DNA of 64,000 nucleotides, taken from NCBI GenBank assembly GCA_964016885.1, contig OZ024742.1, positions 202,678,001-202,742,000 on the forward strand, given 5' to 3'. Under the pieces are notes generated by a model that did not search any database, had not been told where the DNA came from, and saw nothing but the letters and a program-made list of their open reading frames with translations. Source of the stretch: Eledone cirrhosa. Taxonomy: Eukaryota. Below are positions 54,989-64,000 of this stretch, piece by piece. Within the stretch, counting starts at the first letter, position 1. Each line of letters begins with the position of its first letter. The position numbers were made by a program, and so were the translations under genes.

Positions 54989-55540
54989 CAAGATGTATGG
55001 TAGGTCGTACGTGAATCGCGATGATCACGCCTGACCTACCAAATATGCGACGGTAGCTAGTTAAGCTCTATGCGTATAAGCAGAGCAGAAATATCAATGA
55101 AAAAGAACAAAGGAACTATTATCACATTATAACAAGTTTATTGCCGACAGCCGTTTCGTCCGACCATATGGTGGGACTTTTCAAGGCATATAACAGGTGA
55201 TTGTAAGTTCATTATTTACATCAACGTTTCACTCAAGATTAGCAGTTTGAAATTGTGGTATACATCAACAGCTCCGCTTGTATATTTGGGGTCTATATTC
55301 TAAGGGGGCTCTTTTATATTAGTTGTAGGAGTTGTAAAAGGGATTGGTTATAGGGATTTAAGAGAATTTGAAAAGGGCCTAAGAGTTAGGGATTGAATTA
55401 ACTCCCTATAACCCATCCCTTTTACAACTCCTACAACTAATATAAAAAAGCCCCCTTAGAATATAGACCCCAAATATACAAGCGGAGCTGTTGATGTATA
55501 CCACAATTTCAAACTGCTAATCTTGAGTGAAACGTTGATG

Positions 55541-55543
<3 letters not shown>
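54987..55543 (-). mobile_element. Fold-back HHR element (family I); U3-A8 HHR at 55142-55188
   Basis: Minus strand: TGCC-TTGAAAA-GTCC cACCATATGGTc GGAC-GAAA-CGGCTG-TC-GGCA; inverted arms 55214-55355 / 55403-55543. Confidence 0.85.
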
Positions 55544-55627
<84 letters not shown>

Positions 55628-57088
55628 GGGATAACAAGTTATCGTTATAGGTAATCCAGTTAGAGGTTGTGAGTACTCCGTATTGTGGATAGTTTTAACG
55701 TACGGCGTTGTTTGACTCAACAAGAGATTTCCGTAGCTAGGTAGCTAGTTCACGAGAATTCCTATGCAGATTATGCTTGGAATAATAATAGTGAAAGATT
55801 GGTCGGCTGTACAAAAATGGTTTTATTTCTAGTATTAACAAGGCCGCTAATCACTCGAAGTTGCGTCACCCGACCTTAAATACTGATCAAATCATCGGAA
55901 TACTGGAGGTTTTACGTATGGCATTGGTTCACAGACAATCTATGAAGAACCGTAGACTAGATAACTCAACAACGCTGGCCAATAAAATCTAGCAGCTTAA
56001 GGACACAAACCAGAAATATGGGATTAGCTGGTCGAAATTATCAGGAGCAAGGGCCTACAACAATAGAATATCCCACTGCGGACTTTGCAATATGAAGCTA
56101 TTCCATATTTTAAAGTATGATAAAATGCTGCTTAACAGCAAAATAGAACGATCAATTTTCTGTAGGCACAAAGCAGCTGCCAAGTTCGCAAATTTCAAAC
56201 CAACATGATTCGATCCAGCAATCTCAGAATTCAAGCAGAACCACCCGGATTTTAATCTACTGATTACATACTACCCCACTGTTATTAACTGCCAACTGAC
56301 CAACTGGTCACTAAATCAACATCATAAATCTCCTAACCTTTCTTTCACTCTCTCTCCCTAAAGCCACATCACCCCCATTAAGATAAGACAATCAGCCTGC
56401 CAGACATATACTACACGTATCACCGTATCATCACCCCCACTCTCTGTCTCCTGTTCTGTATCTCTTCTCCTCTCACTTAATTTTTAATTTATTACATTTG
56501 TTACTATTTTTTTATTTTCTACTCTAACCCCCGAGATTTGACCACTACGTATGTATTTAATGTTTCGTTTCATGTTAGTATTATCTCTACATTCACCACG
56601 TCTTTACACATACACTTACTCACCACAGTAACTTTAATCACCACCACTACTATCAGCAATCGTATTCTGTACTTATTATTTTTTTAACCTATTTTTTACA
56701 TCTTTATCAACTTCATTCTAATTTCTTGACTTCTTTATTATTATCTTTTATTAGGTTAACTTTGCCTATCATCTTTACGGAGTCGATAAAATAAAGTACC
56801 AGTAATGTACTGGATAATTGCTGGCCTTGTGCCTAAAGTAGAAACAATTATTATCTTTTATTATTGGTGTTATTGTTTTGATTCTCCGTTGTATCTATAA
56901 ATACCAATGCCATATGTAAAACCTCCAGTATTCCGATGATTTGATCAGAGGTAAACACTTTATTTAAGCTCGAGTGACGCAATCTCGAGTGATTAGTGGC
57001 CTTTAGTCACCTGATCAATGAACAAATTGTTAATACTTGAAATAAAACCCTTTTTGTACAGCCGACCATGTTATTATTCTTCAATCTT

Positions 57089-57092
<4 letters not shown>
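55628..57092 (+). mobile_element. 5'-truncated Neptune-type PLE with an inverted 5' pLTR; HHR at 56928-57036; SINE fragment inserted at 56753-56850
   Basis: TTLANKI*QLKDTNQKYGISWSKL...CGLCNMK...LLNSKIERSIFCRH at ~55965-56210; 55790-55925 is the inverse of 56905-57092. Confidence 0.8.
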
Positions 57093-57160
<68 letters not shown>

Positions 57161-57164
<4 letters not shown>

Positions 57165-57804
57165 AAGATTTGAATGGATACAGTTTAGTTAAAAGGAATT
57201 TATTGACACGTGTTTCTATAACAGTTACATAACCTGAAAACAGCTGCTATCTACAAAGTATTAGTTATGCAGACATTCAATATTTCAATGTTATTATCAA
57301 CTGTCATTTCATCGGAATAATTTTACTGAGGACCTGTTTGGTTTTTATAGAGAATATTAGGAGGGAGGGGTGAAGTTGTTAGAAGAATAGTTGAGGGAGT
57401 GGTTTTTTGATAGCAGTGAGAATTGTTGGTGGCAGTGAGTAATTAGATTCCCATCTGTTGTTTTGACATTTTTATAGAATATATTATTGGTTATTTTTTC
57501 TAAATCTATAGAAGGATTAGAGATAGTATAGATATGCGTGGTTGGTTTTGTGTTTGCACTTAATTAACATTCAGACTTAAATTTTTCTTTCAAGTGTACG
57601 TATCCTTTCGCCCACGCATTCACACACAAACATATATGCACACCTCTACAAAATACATATACTCACATTTACATACTTACATGCTCATACTTACATACAT
57701 ATACACATGCATACATACGCGTTCATGTGTATACATTTTCATACTCAACTTATCTTTATATACACACGTATAGACACACACATATATACATACATACTCC
57801 AGTC

Positions 57805-57844
<40 letters not shown>

Positions 57845-60550
57845 CACTTTAATACATGAATACACTTACATCTAACTATACACATCAAACATATATATAT
57901 ATTTACTTATTTATATACATTTTCACATATATATACATACTTATGGTCGCTTTTAGACACATTCATTATAGCATATTTGCACCTATTCTCATCAGCATAT
58001 CTTTCCATTATTAGTGTGGTAATTTAAGGTTATTAATATACATATATATGTTGAGAAGAGATTGTTTTTATATTTTTCTAACTAGATTGAGGTTTATATA
58101 GTTGGGGGGATGTCCCTCTTTTATGTTATATTCAGCTTGTAGTGGGGAAAAAGGGTTTTAGTTCGGTGACGGCAGAATAATGTTCGTTCAATTCTGTTAT
58201 TCAGCAATTTCCTCTTGTGTGTGATTATGTAATAAATCTCAAGATTACACAATTTGCAGAAATTTTGGCTCCTGGAAAAGCTTTGGGTTTTAGCTAATTT
58301 CTCCCATTTTAGGGTAAACTTTTGATCGCTATCCCTGAGCGTCCAAGCTTTTTCTGCTAAAGATGTTACATTTATTTGGCTCTGGTGTTTTATTGAGTAA
58401 GAATGCCTATATAATCGAGATTTAAACGATGTTGCCGTTGATCCCACGTAATACCACTCGTTACCTCCGGATTTAATGGTACACTTATAAATAATATTTT
58501 TTTCCAGGCAGTTATTGCCGAGGGGGCAGTTGTCAGGATAGGTGCAGTTACAGTTGTGTACGTTGGGTTTTCTCTGGAGTAGTATTGCGGACGAATTTAG
58601 GTGTGGTTTATTTATGTTCTGTAGTGTATTGTCTACTGTTTTTTTGTGTTCTTTGTACTTAAGTTTTTAGTGTTTTCGTTTAACCTTCTAGTATTGATCT
58701 TTTTTATGTGTTGTTCAAGGTTTAACGTTGTAGAGTATGACAGTCTTATAGTGGTAGGGTTTAGGATTTTGTGGTATTTGTGTGATGTAGGAAAATGTCT
58801 CTTAACTATTTTAAAGAAGAGAACTGGTAAATTGGTACTCATGGAACTATTGTATTCGGGGTTATACCATAAGTACTCTTTGCATCGCTTTCTATTAGTT
58901 TTGTTTGTTGGTTTACTGGTGTGTATACTATGGTAGTAAGTGTGGTTTGGTGTTGTGTTATTATATCTACCTATGTGGGATTTATTTTGGGTGTTTTGAT
59001 TGTTCTCATCTATATACTCTATTTTGTTGAGGTAGCCTGCTTTACTAAGGGCGTTATCGTAGTACTCGGCGTGTTCCTTAAATACTTGTATGTTAGAAGA
59101 TAGACCCGAGATTCTAAGTGAAATATTTTTAGGGATAGATTTAATTATAGAGATGGGAGTGGTTAGACCCAACATTTACGTATTTGAGATTTTCATTCAA
59201 TTTATGAAACGGTTTAATCAGACCAGAGTTTAAATTGAGTGTGACATCCAGGAAGTTAACTACTTTAAGGTTGTATTCATATGTTATAGTTAGTCCTATT
59301 TCGAGTAGTAGTTTTCTTATATCTTTGCGTAGTTTTTCTAGTTTTTGGTTATTTAGGTTTTTAACTAGGAGGAGAACATCGTCGCGGTATATTCCGCCGT
59401 GGAGATTGCTGAATTTTTCCTGAAGTCTAAAGGCGATAAATAACCCCACAATATCAGTTATTTCCGCCGAATCGTTAGAGCCCATTGTTATGTCAAAGTT
59501 AGAGGGTCTATCTTTACGTACCCAATAACTGTTCTCAAATTTGACTATAGTTTTCCTAGCTTCTAATATAATCTTAATTTCATCGTTTGTAAGGTCAGAG
59601 TTATCCTTAGCAAACTTAATGGCTCTATTCAAAGTTTCAGGTGATATCGATGAGTAATATTCGTCGATATCAAACTGGATAAACTTAGATTTATTCTTAT
59701 TGCTAATGCTATTAAACCATCTTATTGCTTCTTGGGTCTTCCCCCAGAGTTTAATGTTAACCTTAGCCTTAATTTGGGGGATGATTCTATCTAAGATATA
59801 TTTGCTTATTTTACCTATATCTGATTTAGAGGGGCAGATTAATCTAATTTTAGGGTCATTATCAAAGTTTACCTTATGGTCCTTAAGATTGAAGGTGGGT
59901 ACCGCCGGTGAGAGTGGTCTTGTCCTATCTTCGATTCCGAGATTTTTCACTATTTCGCATGCCTCATCATTGATGTGCTTAAGAGTTACTTCATTCGTTT
60001 TTCTATATTTTTTATGTAATTCTTTTCGAATGAAGTTGTTGTATGTAGTGCAATCCATAGTATACAGGTTTGATGTTTTGTCCGCTTTTACTACAATTCA
60101 TTTGGTGTTTTTAAGGTCGTCCAGTAGTTTTTTAATATCTTTCTGTAATTTGTTGTTGGTGTTACGTCCTTTGAATTTAATTTTAAGGATTAAGTTCATA
60201 AGGTCCTGCTCAAATGCATCTAATAGTGGGTTGGTGGGTGGGTTTTTACACGTTCTAAAACAGAATTTGTTGTTTACACCACTTTCTAATGGTGAGTTCA
60301 TACGGCTTCTATCATAGTGGAGCGTTTTCCACTTGACACGTCGAATGAATTCATTAGTTTTTTTAATCATACTCAATAAGTATTCCTTTTTACCTTGGGT
60401 TGGTATGTTTTTGAGTGACATATCCAGGTAGTGTTTTTCCATTGTTGTGGTTGCGTTTGCTGTGTGGGTTGCTCGACTTTACAGGAGGTAAATATACAGT
60501 ATTTTCCGTAGTGTTGTAATATAAATATTACACACAGTAGATGGATATAT
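57161..60550 (-). mobile_element. Near full-length Neptune-type Penelope-like element (RT-Cys-GIY-YIG), disrupted ORF 58121-60442
   Basis: KADKTSNLY, RLICPSKSDIG, QFDIDEYYSSI, ITMGSNDSAE, GIYRDD, VNFLDVTL; CNCTYPDNCPLGNNC, NIIYKC...YYVGST..FKSR; in-frame stop at 60098 and frameshifts at ~59150 and ~58630. Confidence 0.95.
57200..57320 (-). ncRNA. 3' hammerhead of the Neptune PLE, with a very long stem II
   Basis: TTATT-CCGATGA-aATGACAGTTG...TAACTGTTATa-GAAA-CACGTG-TC-AATAA. Confidence 0.8.
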
Positions 60551-60948
60551 AGTATAAAAGAGAAAACACAGGTAAGCATTAAGAGAAGGATTCTATCCAG
60601 GTATTTACGACCGTTTCATTGGTAAGTGCAACCTTGTATTGCTATACAGCAAATAGCAGCCACTATTTTGAAAATTTGGACTGTGAACTACAATTATAAT
60701 TGAGTGGCTGCTATTTGCAGTATAGCAATATAAGGTTGCACTTACCAATGAAACGGTCGTAAATACCTGGATAAAATCCTTCTCTTAATGCTTACCTGTG
60801 TTTTCTCTTTTATACTATATACTCCAAGATTGAACGGAATTCTTACAAACTTGTGGAGTTACCCCTAACCGTACGTTGAAACCATCCATGAAACTGGCTT
60901 TCTTAACCACGAACTGGATCACAAAAAGCAATTTTCTGCTTCCCTAAC
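60551..60948. mobile_element. Fold-back HHR element (family J); U3-A8 HHR on plus at 60664-60765
   Basis: Arms 60551-60664 / 60703-60817; TATT-TTGAAAA-tTTGG...CCAAt-GAAA-CGGTCG-TA-AATA; tail ACTCCA...TGGAGT. Confidence 0.78.
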
Positions 60949-60962
60949 TATATATATATATA

Positions 60963-61158
60963 AAACAAAGGAATTGTGGTAAGGAACCAGATGGACCATA
61001 ACGCACCAGAGTACTCAATACTTAGGGTAGTAGAGTGGTGAACAGGAAAAGGTATGACCCCGACGCAGAGCTCAAGCCGTTTCAACGGCTATTTCTGAAC
61101 TGTCCAGAAATACTCGTTGAAACGGCTTGAGCTCTGCCGTCGGGGTCATACTTTTTCC

Positions 61159-61160
<2 letters not shown>
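60963..61160. mobile_element. Family A mini fold-back element
   Basis: Tail plus inverted gaccccgacg..gagctcaagccgtttcaac / gttgaaacggcttgagctctgccgtcggggtc. Confidence 0.75.
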
Positions 61161-61213
<53 letters not shown>

Positions 61214-61312
61214 AACGGAGTTAAAAACTGACGTTAATCCTCTATAATTCAATGGGCTATCCCTTATAATTGAATACATACCTCTTTGTGTATTTTTCTC
61301 TATAAGCTGTCT

Positions 61313-61354
<42 letters not shown>

Positions 61355-61355
<1 letters not shown>

Positions 61356-61827
61356 AAGAGATATTTAATTTGTTGGGAATCCAACAAATATAGACTTTCC
61401 AGGGATAACGTGAACCGTTAAGGTATATCATCCTTGGTCATGTCTAATATTTATAAAACATTTTGTATTTTATCTGATGATAGCGTACCAAAATATTTGG
61501 TACCATTGAAATATATATAATAGAATAAATATTAAATATGGTTTTATAAATATAGTTTCCATTTATTTAATATCAATTGTATATATATATATATATATTT
61601 ATTTATATATATATATATTTATTAAAATAACAGATTAAATTTTAAACAAAGAATCGCTGCTCACACCCTTAACGGGATCTTCAGAAGATCCCGTTAAGGG
61701 ATCATAAGGGTGCTTAAACTTTAATCTGTTATTTTAATAAATATTTGCTCTACGGTTCTTATATATTTGATATATATTTATCCTTATCGAGCCCTCTTTG
61801 GATTTTAGTCTTCAAATTTATTATTAT

Positions 61828-61830
<3 letters not shown>
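61355..61830. mobile_element. Adjacent family C (61355-61577, HHR ~61466-61528) and family G (61620-61830) mini elements
   Basis: Homology to 1703-1915 and 22757-22920. Confidence 0.75.
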
Positions 61831-61889
<59 letters not shown>

Positions 61890-61896
<7 letters not shown>

Positions 61897-62940
61897 GCTC
61901 TAGACCTAGCTATTGACCAGTTAATTTTATTGTTCATTTTTTGTCGATTCTATTAAATGATGAATAGCTCCTGTTTATTTTAACATGTCTATTGAGCACT
62001 CTTATTCGATATGTGTATTTCCACATTTTCCCGAATATTTTTTGCGGATATAGAGGTTATCTCCCTTGCTGAATTACATGTGCGTTTCTTCAGCCTGGGT
62101 TATGCCTTTTCATTCGTTCGGACAAAGGCTCGTTGAGGAAGTAAATTTCCCGTCCGCTGGCTTCTAGAAGTCTTATATATTTTTATGTGAGCTGATAGAG
62201 GGCAGTTTAAGGATTATTGAAACCCAAGAAGCTAGATTTACCATCTTTCTAGCGGGTCCGGGTATGCTTTTTACATTCATTTGATTTATTGATTTATTGA
62301 TATTTTTTCTGAATGTCCCGAATCTTCCAGATCGCAATTTTTCGGTCGTACGGTTGATTATAGACTTGTTCTATGTGTGACGGTATTTTAACGATAGTTA
62401 TAGCTCTGATTTATCTGAATTATTGAGCCCTCTGCCGCTCATTTCGAATTTTGTTTATCGTGAACTCGTGCGCCGATTTTTCGATACTCGATTATTCTAC
62501 TATATATATTTATATATATATGATCGGATATTTCCAAAAAGCGAATGAAACCTCAGGGTGTAGAAACATGTTTTTGGTATGTTTATATACATTTTTTCTT
62601 CTAACTTTGATTTTGTACCTAGTTGTGTATGGTTAACTATATGTCTAGTCAATTTCTACGGGCTATTAGAAATACTGGGTAAATCTTCTGTGGCTGTGGA
62701 TCGCATCGCGGATAAAATAGCTATCATTTATTTATCTAATGTTTCTTCATAGGTACATTTTAAACTTATAGCCTCGTTTAATTGATATTTTGTGCGGTTA
62801 ATTATGCTGATTGGCAGAATGAATACTGTATATATTTTATCAAATGATTCTATGGACTTACTTTCTTATATATTGCTCTGATTGTTGATTATTTAATTAA
62901 TTAATTCGTCATTAAGCCACACCGTGAATGGTTGCCAAAA
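61890..62940 (-). pseudogene. Old coding-like remnant, possibly Gypsy pol
   Basis: Minus-strand fragments such as LYIRKKYSGK...RVLNRHVK weakly resemble the Gypsy RT N-terminus; many stops. Confidence 0.2.
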
Positions 62941-64000
62941 ACATATATATATAGCTCTGTCTAGTTTATGTATATGTAAACCTCTATATTTTATATATAT
63001 ATATATAGTTAAAACTTAGACGGGAACAAAAACAGAGGGGCAGTACAAATAAGAGTTTATTAGGTTCACGCTTTTGAGAGTGGGGGGGGGGTATACTGAA
63101 GTCGGTATTTGGTGTACTTCTACTGAAAATAAAACATTTGATTATCAGCAAGTGGATATTTACTACATGTGTTTTCTGCAGGAAATGGTATCTTTGACTT
63201 GCATGTTTCAGCTAATGCCTCGTATAAAGTGTTTGTACTTGTGCACGATGCGTGAGTTTATGTATATATTTTCTCGCCTTTCATTCCAAATTTTTTCTCG
63301 AAATCTTCATTAGCAAGTTAAACAAAACAAAACGCTTTAAGGGTTTTAATATTCGGGGGAAGGGGAAAATTAAAATCTTTTTTTTTTATTTTTCACATAT
63401 AGGAAACTCAGCTCTATGAAAATAATCCTTTCTTGTTTGTTCATTTATTTTTGTTTTTATTTCAATTTAAATACCAAGTTGTTGTTGATATTAAACTTCT
63501 ATTTGTTTAACCAATTTCATCATAACGCAATAGTTGTCAATACCAATGGATTGCTATTGTAAAAACTGGAAATGCATGCATATATTAAACCCAAAATATG
63601 TCCTTGTTTATATTAATATGTCTATGAACGTACACACACACACACACATATATATATATATGTGTGTGTATTTATATATATATACATCCTCTGCATATAT
63701 ATATATACACATATGTATACATACATATATATATATACACGTGCCTGTGTGTGTGCATAAATGATACTGGTATATACTTATCCTGATTACAATCAATGGG
63801 ATTTGGCTATGCTATAGCATTGCCTTCTGGCGTTTTTAATCTATCATATTGAAATCAGTACTTATTTTATCGATGTATATTTTAACATTGCTGAGTCAAA
63901 CACCTATGTACATACACATATACACTTGCATACAAAACACACATATTAATACACAGCTGTAAATATATAAAAGGAATGAGTTGATACACAAACATAGTTT

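Overview
Eukaryotic, AT-rich, microsatellite-saturated DNA. It is most likely intronic or intergenic sequence from a cephalopod (octopus-like); this is inferred from the SINE families and repeat landscape. There is no intact host gene, only one good candidate 144-bp exon (14240-14383, minus strand). Most ORFs in the track are microsatellite artefacts. Recognisable mobile DNA: a near full-length Neptune-type Penelope-like element (PLE, 57161-60550), a Poseidon/Penelope-type PLE (24703-26770), several 5'-truncated PLE GIY-YIG remnants, two decayed hAT (Charlie/Buster/SPIN-type) transposons, an R4/Dong-like LINE, a MITE and many tRNA-derived SINEs. The main hidden signal is a dense set of type I hammerhead ribozyme (HHR) motifs in more than a dozen sequence-unrelated repeat families. 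Nearly all sit in (TA)n tracts and share one asymmetric fold-back architecture: one arm stops at an internal TA run, and the other continues into a tail carrying an ACTC...GAGT hairpin. They range from PLE 3' ends, through non-coding 0.15-0.5 kb hairpin elements, to a 4.3-kb array of ~310-bp units each carrying a U3-A8 variant HHR (retrozyme-like). All folds were read by eye and no activity is shown. Element boundaries are approximate.
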